The notes: a model not told the origin generated them from the letters alone. DNA of 64,000 nt from an uncultured Pseudomonadota bacterium (GCA_963847705.1 CAWKBC010000027.1:544001-608000); one strand, 5' to 3'. Positions 38,889 to 48,714 are shown, counted from the stretch's first letter. Numbers and translations are program-made.

Positions 38889-39257
38889 ATGAAGCGAATC
38901 CTCGTCGTCGATGACAGCGTGGTGCTGCGCGGCTCCGTCTGCGCGCTTCTGGCCCAGGAGTTCCCCGGGGCGATCGTCGGCGAAGCGGCGGCGGCGCTGC
39001 CCGCGTTTGCCCTGGTCGCCCAGGAACACTGGGATCTGGTCCTGCTCGATCTCTCGCTGCCCGATCGGGGCGGGGTCGAGACGCTCCGCGATCTGCGGAC
39101 GCTGCGTCCGAACCTGCCGGTGGTCGTCATGAGCCTGCACGCCGAGGCGGAGTACCGCGCGGCGATGCGCGCGGCGGGCGCGGTCGACTACATCTCCAAG
39201 GGGAGCTCGGCCCAATCGATCGCGGCCGCCATTCGCACCGTCCTCGGGAGCAGCTAG
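38889..39257 (+). CDS. Stand-alone receiver-domain response regulator
   Basis: ILVVDD, LLDLSLP, MSLH, YISK; 122 aa. Confidence 0.88.
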   Translation: MKRILVVDDSVVLRGSVCALLAQEFPGAIVGEAAAALPAFALVAQEHWDLVLLDLSLPDRGGVETLRDLRTLRPNLPVVVMSLHAEAEYRAAMRAAGAVDYISKGSSAQSIAAAIRTVLGSS

Positions 39258-40486
39258 GATTTTCGCTGGTCGAGCAAGCTGCGAAGCAGCTGGTCCCAGC
39301 GGTCGTTGACGACCTGCTTTGAAAACTCGCGCTGGGAGACGGCGAAGGCGTTGGTCTGCCAGCGCCGGAGGTCGTTGGGTTGTCCCAGGAGCGCGTGCAA
39401 CCGATCGACGATCGCGGGGAGTGTGTCGCCGCTGAGAGTGAGGCCGACGTCGTACCTGGCGATCCAGCGGGCGATCTCGGAGTCTCCTGGGCCCGCGTAG
39501 AGCACGGGCCGCCCCACGGCCAGCGAGCCGAAGAACTTCGACGGCACCACGATGCCCGCCCACTCCGGCTGCAGGCTGACGAGGTGAAGGTCGGCGGCGC
39601 CCAGCCGCGCCTGCAGCGCCGCCTCGTCGGCGAACGGAACCAGGGTGACGTTGGTGTCGGCGGCCGTGACCGCCGCCCGCAGCTCCTCCTGCCGGTTGCC
39701 GCGCGACGAGAAGCAGAAGGCGACGTCGTCGCCCGAGCGGGCCCGGCAGGCGCGCGCCAGCGCGAGGAACGCCCGGTGGTCGTGAGCGCGCCCCATCGTT
39801 CCCGAGTAGAGCAGCGCCAGCTTGGCGCGCGGAAAGAGCTCGGCGCGCACGCGGGGATCGGCCGCGGCCGCCTCCGCCGGCGCGGCCAGCGCCCAGGGGA
39901 CCAGCGTGCGCTGCGTGGCGCTGGTGCCGTAGGCGGCCAGGCGCTCTTGCATGCGGGGACCGATGTCCACCAGCGCGTCGTAGGCGCCGTAGGACCACTT
40001 CATGAGCTGACGCGCGGCGGGCACCAGCAGACGGACGGCGGCGTTGCCGTCGCCCATTTCCGCGGCGATCGCTTCCGGGTAGAGGTCGAAGCACCAGTGC
40101 ACGAGCGCGGCGGCGGGCAGCAGCTGGCGCAGCCCGCGGCCGAGCATGGGCGAGAAGGCCGGGTCGGAGCCGACGACGACGGCGTCGAACGGGCCCAGCT
40201 CGGCGATCCGCACCAGCCAGGCCGCCGTCATCCAGCCGCTGTTCGCCAGCCGCTGAAAGGGGCGTGCCTGCGTCCAGGGGGGGCGGAAGAGGCGGTGAAT
40301 CTGGACGCCGTTCCACTCCTCGAACGAATCGAAGCGGCGGGCGGGATCGAAGCACGACCGGTTGCTGGTGACGACGCTGACCTGCCAGCCGCGGCGCTGC
40401 TGCTCGGTGGCGAAGTCGCTGAAGATCCGGGCGCTGACGACGTCGTCGGGGTGGAAGAAGTGATACGCGAGCAGGAGCCGCGGCAA
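39254..40486 (-). CDS. Glycosyltransferase family 4 (WbuB/WcaI-like)
   Basis: FFHPD, DLYPE, LYSGTMGRAH, AADLHLVSL....GIVVPSKFFG.LA.GRP. Confidence 0.85.
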   Translation of the reverse strand: MPRLLLAYHFFHPDDVVSARIFSDFATEQQRRGWQVSVVTSNRSCFDPARRFDSFEEWNGVQIHRLFRPPWTQARPFQRLANSGWMTAAWLVRIAELGPFDAVVVGSDPAFSPMLGRGLRQLLPAAALVHWCFDLYPEAIAAEMGDGNAAVRLLVPAARQLMKWSYGAYDALVDIGPRMQERLAAYGTSATQRTLVPWALAAPAEAAAADPRVRAELFPRAKLALLYSGTMGRAHDHRAFLALARACRARSGDDVAFCFSSRGNRQEELRAAVTAADTNVTLVPFADEAALQARLGAADLHLVSLQPEWAGIVVPSKFFGSLAVGRPVLYAGPGDSEIARWIARYDVGLTLSGDTLPAIVDRLHALLGQPNDLRRWQTNAFAVSQREFSKQVVNDRWDQLLRSLLDQRKS

Positions 40487-40495
40487 CGGTCAGCC

Positions 40496-41458
40496 TCAGT
40501 CGGCGCCGAAGGCGTAGACGACGGTGTGCCGGTAGGTGTCGCCCGGGTGGAGCAGCACCTGGCTGCGCCACTCGGGGATGTTGATGGCGTCCGGGAAGGC
40601 CTGCGTCTCGAGGCAGAGGCCGGCGTGGCGGACATGCTGGACGCCGCGGCCGGTGGTTGCGCCGTCGAGAAACTTCCCCGCGTAGACCTGCAGCCCCGGC
40701 TGATCGCTGCGGACGACCATCGTGCGGCCCGACTTCGGATCGGCCAGACGCGCGACGGTGCGCATCGGCCCGGTGGTGGGACCGACGACGAAGTTGTGAT
40801 CGAGCTCGGGCGACACGAGCCTGGGGGCCCGATAGTCGAGCGGAGTGCCGGCCACCGGTTCGACCGCGCCGGTGGGGACGACCGGATCGCCCGGGGTGAA
40901 GGTGTCGGCGGCGACCGTCAGCAGGTGTCCGAGGATGTTGCCGGCGCCGGCGAGGTTCCAGTACGCGTGACTGGTCAGGTTGATAGGCGTCGGCTGATCG
41001 GCGGTCGCGCTCATCTCGATGCGCAGCTCGTTGTCGTCCGTGAGCCGGTAGGTCGCCCGCGCCTCGACGGCGCCGGGATACCCGGCGTCCCCTTCGGGCG
41101 AACGATGGAGGAGGGTGAGCGCCGCCCGATCCGCCTCCCCGGGCGCGACGGCCCAGTTGGCGCGGTACCAGCCCCGGCCGCCCCCGTGCAGGTGGTGGGG
41201 CGGGTCGTTGGCGTCGAGGTGGTACGTCACGCCGTCCAGCGTGAAGCGGGCGTCGCGGATCCGGTTCGCCACCCGGCCGCAGATCGCGCCCAGGAAGACG
41301 TTCTGTCGGGCGTAGGCCTCCGGATCGTCCAGTCCCAGCACGACGTTGCCGAGCTTGCCGTCGCGATCGGGGACCCGCAGCTCCACCAGCGTCGCGCCGA
41401 AAGGGAGGAGCGTCGCCGACGCGCCGTGCGCGTTGACCAGCCTGTGAAAACCGCTCAT
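40496..41458 (-). CDS. galM: Aldose 1-epimerase (mutarotase)
   Basis: GRVANRI, HLHGG, GYPG, NLTSHAYWNL, LDHNF, QVYAG, CLETQ.FPD. Confidence 0.93.
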   Translation of the reverse strand: MSGFHRLVNAHGASATLLPFGATLVELRVPDRDGKLGNVVLGLDDPEAYARQNVFLGAICGRVANRIRDARFTLDGVTYHLDANDPPHHLHGGGRGWYRANWAVAPGEADRAALTLLHRSPEGDAGYPGAVEARATYRLTDDNELRIEMSATADQPTPINLTSHAYWNLAGAGNILGHLLTVAADTFTPGDPVVPTGAVEPVAGTPLDYRAPRLVSPELDHNFVVGPTTGPMRTVARLADPKSGRTMVVRSDQPGLQVYAGKFLDGATTGRGVQHVRHAGLCLETQAFPDAINIPEWRSQVLLHPGDTYRHTVVYAFGAD

Positions 41459-42924
41459 CGCGCCGCGCGCAGCGCCGGGTAGAGCCGCTGGAAACGCGCG
41501 TAAGGCTCGTCGTAAGCGCGGTGCGCGTCGGGGCGGGGCGCCACGGCCGGACGCCGGCGGATGGTCTTGGCGGCGTCGGCGACGCTGGCGAAGGCGCCCG
41601 CGCCGACGGCGGCCAGCAGCGCGGCGCCGAGCGCGGGGCCCTCGGGCTGATCGACCGGTACCACCGGCTTGCCGTAGACGTCGGCCTGAAGCTGCCGGAC
41701 GAAAGGCGCGTTGGCCCCACCTCCGGTGATCAGCACCTCGGGGACGTCGACGCCGAGCGACTCGATGATCGCCAGGCTGTCGCGCAGGCCGAAGCAGATC
41801 CCCTCCAGCACCGCGCGCGTCAGGTGCGCACGCGTATGCGCCAGCGAGATGCCCACGAAGGCGCCGCGCGCGTCGGCGTCACGATGCGGCGTTCGCTCGC
41901 CCTGGAGATAAGGAAGGAACGTCAGGCCCAGCGCGCCCGGCGGGACGCGCGCCGCCTCCTTGTTGAGAAGCTCGGCGGCGTCCTTCTTCTTGGCCAGCTC
42001 GCGCGCCAGCTCCCGCTGGTGCCAGGCGAAGGCGCCCCCCGCGGTGAGCATCACGCCCATCACGTACCAGGTGTCGGGGGCAGCGTGACAGAAGGTGTGG
42101 GCGCGCATCCCGGGATCGACCTTGGGCGCGGCGGTCGGACAGACGACCGTCCCCGAGGTTCCCCAGCTGGCCACCACGGCGCCCGGCGCGACGGCGCCGA
42201 CACCGATGGCGCCGCAGGCGTTGTCCGCGCCGCCGCCCACGATCGGGGTGCCGGCGGCGAGGCCGGTCACCGCTGCGGCGCGCGCCGAGACGGTGCCGAG
42301 CACGTCGGTCGAGCCCGCAACTTCAGGCAGCAGCGACGGAGCGAGCTCCATCGCGTCGAGCATCTCCCGGCTCCAGCGCCGGTTGGCCACATCGAGCAGC
42401 AGCGTCCCCGCCGCGTCGGAGTACTCCGTGGCCAGCGTCCCCGAGAGCTGCAGCCGGATGTAGTCCTTGGGCAGCAGCACCTTGGCCAGCCGCGCGAAGG
42501 CGGCCGGCTCGTTGTCGCGCAGCCAGAGGATCTTCGGCAGGGTGAACCCCTCCATCGGAGGGTTCGAGACCCAGGCCCGCAGCGAGGCCTCGTCGACCCG
42601 GGCCGCGATGGCGCGGCACTGGGCGGTGGTCCGCCCGTCGCACCAGAGCAGGGCGGGGCGGATCACCTTGTTGGCGCTGTCGAGAAAGACCGACGAGTGC
42701 ATCTGCCCCGACAGACCGACAGCGTCGATCTTCCGCTTGCCGACCGCGCGCTTGATCGCGCGCATCGCGGCCTTCCACCAGTCGGCCGGGCTCTGCTCCG
42801 CCCAGCCGGGCTGCGGGACGCGCATCGCCAGCGGTTCGCTGGCGCGCGCGACCGTCTTACCGCGACCGTCGACGACCAACGCCTTGACGTTGGTCGTCCC
42901 GACATCGATGCCGAGAAAGTTCAC
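41455..42924 (-). CDS. xylB: Xylulokinase
   Basis: LGIDVGTT, GLSGQMHS, ALLWCDGRT, FTLPKILW, LLPKDY, GGGADNA, PYLQGERTPH; downstream of xylA. Confidence 0.93.
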   Translation of the reverse strand: MNFLGIDVGTTNVKALVVDGRGKTVARASEPLAMRVPQPGWAEQSPADWWKAAMRAIKRAVGKRKIDAVGLSGQMHSSVFLDSANKVIRPALLWCDGRTTAQCRAIAARVDEASLRAWVSNPPMEGFTLPKILWLRDNEPAAFARLAKVLLPKDYIRLQLSGTLATEYSDAAGTLLLDVANRRWSREMLDAMELAPSLLPEVAGSTDVLGTVSARAAAVTGLAAGTPIVGGGADNACGAIGVGAVAPGAVVASWGTSGTVVCPTAAPKVDPGMRAHTFCHAAPDTWYVMGVMLTAGGAFAWHQRELARELAKKKDAAELLNKEAARVPPGALGLTFLPYLQGERTPHRDADARGAFVGISLAHTRAHLTRAVLEGICFGLRDSLAIIESLGVDVPEVLITGGGANAPFVRQLQADVYGKPVVPVDQPEGPALGAALLAAVGAGAFASVADAAKTIRRRPAVAPRPDAHRAYDEPYARFQRLYPALRAAR

Positions 42925-42938
42925 GAGGTCAGTCGCTC

Positions 42939-43015
42939 AGCGCGTGGGGGAGAGCCGGCTTTGCCGGCTCGAGCCCTTCGCGGGAGGGTTTGGGAACCCG
43001 TTGCGGGTTCCCATT
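42939..43015 (+). repeat. Structured intergenic repeat, copy 1
   Basis: AGCGCGTGGGGGAGAGCCGGCTTTGCCGGCTCGAGCCCTTCGCGGGAGGGTTTGGGAACCCGTTGCGGGTTCCCATT; homologous to copies at 54806, 57799 and 58978. Confidence 0.85.
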
Positions 43016-44222
43016 ATCCACGAACGCCGAGCAAGATCTCGGTCGTCAGCTGATCGAGGCGCTCGAACTCGAAGCCCTTCACCGCCATCGCCTTGGCGTC
43101 GAAGTCATGCGCCTTGAGCGTCGCGGCCGTCTTCTTGTCGTACTTGAAGTGCGGGCCCAGGCCGCCGGTCAGGGTGGTGTTGCGCACCTCCTGCGTGGCC
43201 AGGATCTCGCGGATCTCGGCGTCGGCGTGGAAGCGCGCCACCTTGTCCTTGAGGATGTTGTAGGACCGCATGCTGTAGTAGGCGAAGTCCCAGACGCCCT
43301 GCTCGTCCTCGGTGCGGTAGGCGTGGCTGTCGAAGTGGCGCATGCCGTCCCAGCGCGAGTCCTCGAGCAGCTTGACCAGGAAGAAGGCGCCCTTCTGATC
43401 TTCGCTGGCGAAGCGGAGGTCCTGATCGTAGCGGCCCGGCTTCTGGCCGTTCAGATCGATGTGGAACAGCTTGCCGCACTCGATGGCCTGACCGACGGCG
43501 TGCGAGAAGTCGAGCCCCGGCATCACCTCGTGCGCGACCTCGGGGTTCACGCCGACCATCTCGTGGTGATCGAGCGTGTAGATGAAGGCCAGCATGTGGC
43601 CGGTGGTCGGCAGGAAGATGTCGCCACGCGGCTCGTTCGGCTTGGCCTCCAGCGCGAACTTCAGGTTGTAGCCGTTGTCGCGCACGTACTCGCAGAGGAA
43701 GTTGATCGCTTCGCGGAAGCGCTTCACCGCGTCGCGCGGATCCTTGGCGGCGTTGGTCTCGAGACCTTCCCGCCCGCCCCAGAAGACGTAAGTGCTGGCG
43801 CCGAGGTCGACGCCGAGATCGATCGCCCGCATCGTCTTCGACAGCGCGAGCGCGCGGATGCCGGCGTCGTTGCTGGTGAAGGCCCCCTCGCGGAAGACCG
43901 GCTGCGAGAAGAGGTTGGTGGTCGCCATCGGGACCTTCATTCCCGTCTCGGCGAGCGCACCCTTGAACTCGCGGATGATCTTCTCACGCTCGGCCGTGGT
44001 GGCCTCGTACGGAATCAGATCCTCGTCGTGCAAGTTGACGCCGTAGGCGCCGAGCTTGCTGAGCTCGTGGACAATCTTCACGGGCGGCAGCACCTCACGC
44101 ACGGCGTGGCCGAACGGATCGCGACCCGTGTTGCCAACCGTCCAGAGACCGAACGTGAAGTGGTCCTCGGGGCGGGGGTTGAACTTATCGTTTGGGTAAC
44201 GTGAATGAGAAGATCGGTTCAT
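43014..44222 (-). CDS. xylA: Xylose isomerase (short, actinobacterial-type class I)
   Basis: FTFGLWTVG..GRDPFG, TTNLF, WGGREG, EAKPNEPRGDIFLPT, NPEVAHE, HIDLNGQ, DQDLRF. Confidence 0.95.
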   Translation of the reverse strand: MNRSSHSRYPNDKFNPRPEDHFTFGLWTVGNTGRDPFGHAVREVLPPVKIVHELSKLGAYGVNLHDEDLIPYEATTAEREKIIREFKGALAETGMKVPMATTNLFSQPVFREGAFTSNDAGIRALALSKTMRAIDLGVDLGASTYVFWGGREGLETNAAKDPRDAVKRFREAINFLCEYVRDNGYNLKFALEAKPNEPRGDIFLPTTGHMLAFIYTLDHHEMVGVNPEVAHEVMPGLDFSHAVGQAIECGKLFHIDLNGQKPGRYDQDLRFASEDQKGAFFLVKLLEDSRWDGMRHFDSHAYRTEDEQGVWDFAYYSMRSYNILKDKVARFHADAEIREILATQEVRNTTLTGGLGPHFKYDKKTAATLKAHDFDAKAMAVKGFEFERLDQLTTEILLGVRG

Positions 44223-44250
44223 GGCGCTTAGGTTACTATCCCGGCCCATC

Positions 44251-45267
44251 ATGACAAAGAACTCAATGCTCGCCCGCGGCGGAATTGCCGCTGAAGTTCT
44301 CATTTCTGTTCTCATTTTTGGCGGCGCCTGCAACCGGACGCCCGCGGGCGCCGGCTCCGGGGGGGCGGCCGCACCGGCGCCCAGTTTCGTGAAGCTCGGT
44401 TTCGTTACCAACAACACCAGCGAATTCTGGAAAATCGCAGGGGCAGGGATCCACAAGTACGAGAAGGAAGCGAAGGTTCAAGTCGACTTGAAGCTGCCGG
44501 CCAGCGGCACCGCCGAGAGTCAGAACCAGATCCTGCAGGATCTCGCCAGTCAGGGGTATGGCGCGATCGCCGTCAGCGCCATCGCGCCGGACGATCAGGT
44601 GCCGCTGCTCGACAAGATCGCCGAGAAGACCAACCTCATCACCTTCGACTCTGACGCGCCCAAGTCCAAGCGGCTGCTCTACATCGGGACCGACAACTAC
44701 GAGGCCGGGAAGGTGCTGGGGGGCCGGATTGTCACGCTGCTTCCCAAGGGGGGGAAGATCGCGGTCTTCGTCGGGACGTTCGCGGCCGACAACGCGGCCC
44801 AGCGTTTCAAGGGGATCGCCGACGTGATCGCCGGGCACAAGATCGACATCATCGACAAGCGCGAGGACAACACCGACCGGGCCAAGGCGCGCTCCAACGT
44901 CGAGGATCTGGTCAACGCGCATCACGACCTGGCGCTGGTGGTCGGTCTTTACAACTACAACGGGCCGGCCATCGCGGCCGCGCTGGACGGGCTCGGCAAG
45001 AAGGGGAAGGTGCTGGCGGCCGTGTTCGACGAGGACGACGGGACGCTGGACGGGATCGAGAGCGGCGCCATCCAGGTCACGGTGGTCCAGAAGCCGTTCA
45101 TGTTCGGCTACCTCGCCTCGAAGTGGATGCATGAGCTGGCCACCAAGGGCGAGGCGGCGAAAGCGGCCATCCCCCCCAATCACAGCATCGACACCGGCGT
45201 CGATTTGATCGATAAGAGCAACGTCGCTGGCTTCAAGGCCAAGCTGGCCGAGCTGAAGCGTTCGTAG
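44251..45267 (+). CDS. Sugar ABC transporter substrate-binding lipoprotein (RbsB-like)
   Basis: Lipobox FGGAC; FVTNN.SEFW, ITFDSDAP, YIGTDNYEAG, FDED, VVQKPF.FGY. Start may be 44266. Confidence 0.9.
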   Translation: MTKNSMLARGGIAAEVLISVLIFGGACNRTPAGAGSGGAAAPAPSFVKLGFVTNNTSEFWKIAGAGIHKYEKEAKVQVDLKLPASGTAESQNQILQDLASQGYGAIAVSAIAPDDQVPLLDKIAEKTNLITFDSDAPKSKRLLYIGTDNYEAGKVLGGRIVTLLPKGGKIAVFVGTFAADNAAQRFKGIADVIAGHKIDIIDKREDNTDRAKARSNVEDLVNAHHDLALVVGLYNYNGPAIAAALDGLGKKGKVLAAVFDEDDGTLDGIESGAIQVTVVQKPFMFGYLASKWMHELATKGEAAKAAIPPNHSIDTGVDLIDKSNVAGFKAKLAELKRS

Positions 45268-45285
45268 CCGACCACCACCACTTCC

Positions 45286-46839
45286 GTGAGCACGACCGAG
45301 ATCTCGACCGACTCTTCTCTCACCGCGGCGCCGCGTCTCGAGATGCGGGGCATCGGCAAGCGCTTCGCCGGCGTGACGGCGTTGCGCGACGTTTCGCTCT
45401 TCGCCCGTGGCGGCGAGGTGCTGGCGCTGATGGGGGAGAACGGCGCCGGCAAGAGCACGCTCATGAAGATCCTGGGCGGCGTTCAGCCCCCCGACACCGG
45501 CGAGATCCGGATCGAGGGCAAGCCGGTCGTCATCGACGGGGTGCGGTCGGCCAAGAAGCTGGGGATCGCGCTCATCCACCAGGAGCTGATGCTGGCGCCG
45601 AACCTCGACATCGCGGCCAACATCTTTCTCGGCACCGAGGGGACGCCGTTCCTCTTGTCTCCGCTGCCGCGGGCGGCGATGAACAGGAAGGCGACGGCGC
45701 TTCTGGCGCGCGTGGGGCTGGAGTTACCGCCCACCACGCTCGTGAGCGACTTGACCGTCGGTCAGATGCAGATGGTGGAGATCGCGCGGGCGCTCTCGTC
45801 GGACGCCCGCATCCTGATCATGGACGAGCCCACCGCCTCGCTGTCGGCGAACGAGTCGGAGAAGCTGTTCGAGGTCATCCGCAAGCTGCGCGCGGACGGC
45901 GTCTGCATCATCTACATCTCGCACCGCATGGAGGAGGTCCAGCTGCTGGCCGACCGCGTGACCGTCCTGCGCGACGGGCGCTTCGCCGGCGACCTGGCGA
46001 AGGCCGAGGCGTCCTCCGACAAGATCGTGGCCTTGATGGTCGGCCGCGAGCTGTCGGGCGCCTACTTCCCCGAGCGGAAGGATCGCGTCTCGGGTGAGGT
46101 GGTCCTCGAGGTGAAGGACCTGCTCGTCCCGGGCGCACCGGCCGGCGTCAGCTTCGTCGCGCGCCGGGGCGAGATCCTGGGCTTCGCCGGGCTGGTGGGG
46201 GCGGGCCGCACCGAGCTGGTCACGACGATCTTCGGCGTCACCCCGGCGCATTCCGGCACGATGCTCCTTGACGGTGTCCCGTTCGCGCCGCGCAACCCGC
46301 GCGACGCCATCAATCGCGGCGTCTACCTGGCGCCCGAGGATCGCAAGCACCACGGCCTGGTGCTGCCGATGTCGATCACCGAGAACACCACGCTTCCTGG
46401 GCTTCGGGCCTACAGCCGCTGGGGTCGCCTCGACGGCGCGGCCGAGCGCCGGGTGGCCGAGGCGGAGGTGGCGCGGCTGGGGACGCGGACCCCCAGCGTC
46501 CGCCAGAAAGTCGTGACACTTTCGGGCGGCAACCAGCAAAAGGTGGTGCTGGGAAAATGGCTGGCGATGAATCCACGGGTGCTGATCCTCGACGAGCCGA
46601 CGCGCGGGATCGACGTCGGCGCCCGGGCGGAGATCTACCGGCACATCGCCAAGCTGGCGGCGGACGGGATTGCCGTGGTGGTCGTGAGCTCAGACATGGA
46701 AGAGGTGATTGGACTATGCGATCGGGTTCTCGTGATGCGTGAGCGGCGAATGACGGGTCTGCTCACAGGCGGTGACATCACCCAGGCGCGCATCGGCGCG
46801 CTCATGACGGGCGCCGTGCGCGCCGAGGCGGCAGCGTGA
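45286..46839 (+). CDS. Sugar ABC transporter ATP-binding protein with two ATPase domains (RbsA/XylG-like)
   Basis: GENGAGKSTL, QMVEIARAL, MDEPT, ISHRM, GLVGAGRTEL, LSGGNQQK, DEPTRGIDVGA. Confidence 0.93.
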   Translation: MSTTEISTDSSLTAAPRLEMRGIGKRFAGVTALRDVSLFARGGEVLALMGENGAGKSTLMKILGGVQPPDTGEIRIEGKPVVIDGVRSAKKLGIALIHQELMLAPNLDIAANIFLGTEGTPFLLSPLPRAAMNRKATALLARVGLELPPTTLVSDLTVGQMQMVEIARALSSDARILIMDEPTASLSANESEKLFEVIRKLRADGVCIIYISHRMEEVQLLADRVTVLRDGRFAGDLAKAEASSDKIVALMVGRELSGAYFPERKDRVSGEVVLEVKDLLVPGAPAGVSFVARRGEILGFAGLVGAGRTELVTTIFGVTPAHSGTMLLDGVPFAPRNPRDAINRGVYLAPEDRKHHGLVLPMSITENTTLPGLRAYSRWGRLDGAAERRVAEAEVARLGTRTPSVRQKVVTLSGGNQQKVVLGKWLAMNPRVLILDEPTRGIDVGARAEIYRHIAKLAADGIAVVVVSSDMEEVIGLCDRVLVMRERRMTGLLTGGDITQARIGALMTGAVRAEAAA

Positions 46840-47891
46840 AGCGCGAGCTGGGGATGGGCGCCGCGTTGGCGGTGATCTGCCTGGCGCTCTTCATTTCGAA
46901 CAGCGACTTCCTGGGCCAGTCGAACGCCGTCAACACGCTCCGCCAGATCTCCATGCTGGGGATCTACGCCATCGGCAGCGGCTTCGTGATCGTGACCGGA
47001 GGGATCGACCTGTCGGTCGGCTCCGTCGTCGGGCTGACGGGCGTCATCATCGCCCGGGTCTCGTCGCAGGCGACGGGTGGAGGCGGGCACTCGCTGCTGC
47101 TGGGGATCGTCGTGGCGCTCGCCGTCGCCCTGCTCATCGGGCTCGCGCAGGGGCTGCTCATCACGCGCCTCAACCTGCAGCCCTTCATCGTCACGCTGGC
47201 GGGGATGCTGTTCATTCGCGGGATCTCGCAGACGGTCGTCCAGGGAGGCACGCTGAGCCTGGGGACGTCGCCGCTGCTGGGTCTGGCCAACGGCGGTCTC
47301 TTCATGCATGGCGGCGACCCGCTGGTCCCGTGGCCGCTGCTGATCTTCCTGGGGGTGATCGCTGTCGGCGGCTACGCCCTGCACGCGACGGTGTTCGGTC
47401 GCTACCTCTACGCCATCGGCGGCAACCGCGAGGCGGCGGCCTACTCCGGGATCCCGGTGAAGCGGATCGAGACCACCACCTACGTCATCTCGGCCGGCCT
47501 GGCCGGGGTGGCCGGCGTCTGCTACGCGGCCTACATTGGCCAGATGTCGCAGCAGGTCGGCGTCGCCTACGAGCTCTACGCCATCGCCGCCGTGGTCCTC
47601 GGCGGCTGCTCGCTGCGCGGCGGCGAGGGGACCGTCCTCGGCATCGTGATCGGCTCGGCGATGATGAAGGTCATCGACAACGGCATCAACATGTTCCAGG
47701 TCCGCTACCAGGACGCCGACGGCGTTCCGAGGCTCTGGCGGCTCGACGCCAACTGGACGTTCATCATCGTCGGCTCGGTCATCCTGATCGCCGTGGTGCT
47801 CGACCAGGTCGTCCACGTGGTGCAGGCCAAACGCCGCCTGCGCCCGGTCGAGGCGCCGGTGGCGCCCGCGCCTTCGATTCCCGCCGTCTGA
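46836..47891 (+). CDS. Sugar ABC transporter permease (RbsC-like)
   Basis: TGGIDLSVGS, PFIVTL, FGRYLYAIGGN..AA.YSGI, YELYAIAAVVLGG.SL.GGEG. Confidence 0.93.
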   Translation: MKRELGMGAALAVICLALFISNSDFLGQSNAVNTLRQISMLGIYAIGSGFVIVTGGIDLSVGSVVGLTGVIIARVSSQATGGGGHSLLLGIVVALAVALLIGLAQGLLITRLNLQPFIVTLAGMLFIRGISQTVVQGGTLSLGTSPLLGLANGGLFMHGGDPLVPWPLLIFLGVIAVGGYALHATVFGRYLYAIGGNREAAAYSGIPVKRIETTTYVISAGLAGVAGVCYAAYIGQMSQQVGVAYELYAIAAVVLGGCSLRGGEGTVLGIVIGSAMMKVIDNGINMFQVRYQDADGVPRLWRLDANWTFIIVGSVILIAVVLDQVVHVVQAKRRLRPVEAPVAPAPSIPAV

Positions 47892-47947
47892 GGCTGGTCC
47901 GGAATCCGTCGGGTCGGACTTGCACGGCCGGAGTGACCCAACACAAT

Positions 47948-48199
47948 ATCATCAGCCGGCAGGAGGTCGTCGAGCTCATCGACACGGTGATGGTGGCGCC
48001 CGTGAGGTCGAGCATTCGCGGGGCACCGTCGGAGGTCGTCGTGGGAACCGTGGAGGGACTCAAGCACGAATCGGGCGTCTCCCTGGACCACGTCCAGACC
48101 GTAGAAAAACGTCGTCTTCGAAGCTGCGTGGGACGTCTCGGGCCGTCGAAGATGGCCGCGCTCTCTCGAGCCCTGGCGGTGGCGACAGGCTGCGTTTAG
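47948..48199 (+). pseudogene. 5'-truncated PemK/MazF-family toxin remnant with no antitoxin
   Basis: IISRQEVVELIDTVMVAPVRSSIRGAPSEVVVG..EGLKHESGVSLDHVQTVEKRRL...VGRL..SKM..L.RALAVATGC resembles the C-terminal two-thirds of PemK/MazF. The N-terminal RG..W...K.RP segment is absent. Confidence 0.7.
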
Positions 48200-48714
48200 A
48201 GCGCGCCCGGCAGGCCGAGCTGGCCCGAAGATGCCGTCCGCGCCTCGAGCTCCAGGAGGAGGCGCTTCCTGGGCAGGCCGCCGCCGTAGCCCGTCATCGA
48301 GCCATCGGCGCCGATGACGCGGTGGCAGGGGATGATGATGGCGATCGGGTTGCGGTGGTTGGCGCCGCCGACGGCGCGCGAGGCGTCCGGCCGGCCGACC
48401 GCGCGGGCGATCTCGCCGTAGGTCGCGGTCCCTCCGAAGGGGATTCGCACCAGCGCGGCCCAGACCTTCCTTTGAAAGGCGGTCCCGGGCGGGACGAGCG
48501 GGAGATCGAAGCGCGTCCGCGCGCCGGCGAAGTACTCCTCGAGCTGCTTCATCGCCGGGCGCAGCCGGCGGTCGTCTCGCCTGCTGTCGGCGCGCATCTT
48601 CGCGGCGAGGGGATCCTGGTCGAAGTAGAGGCCGACCAGATCGTCCCCCTGGCCGACCAGGGTCAGCTGGCCAACCGGGCTCGACATGGTGCTGGAGAAG
48701 GTGCTGTTGCTCAT
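48196..48714 (-). CDS. ogt: Methylated-DNA-protein-cysteine methyltransferase
   Basis: GTAFQ.KVW..L..IPFG.T.TYG, RAVG.AN..NP.AIIIPCHRVIG; SD AGGAG; ATGA overlap with the alkA stop. Confidence 0.93.
   Translation of the reverse strand: MSNSTFSSTMSSPVGQLTLVGQGDDLVGLYFDQDPLAAKMRADSRRDDRRLRPAMKQLEEYFAGARTRFDLPLVPPGTAFQRKVWAALVRIPFGGTATYGEIARAVGRPDASRAVGGANHRNPIAIIIPCHRVIGADGSMTGYGGGLPRKRLLLELEARTASSGQLGLPGAL

Noticed and set aside
29807-41720. Very long Arg/Gly/Pro-rich ORFs (29807-32524, 32817-35687, 38700-41720)
   Set aside because: Alternate-frame or antisense artefacts of high GC content; they overlap well-supported genes and have no motifs.
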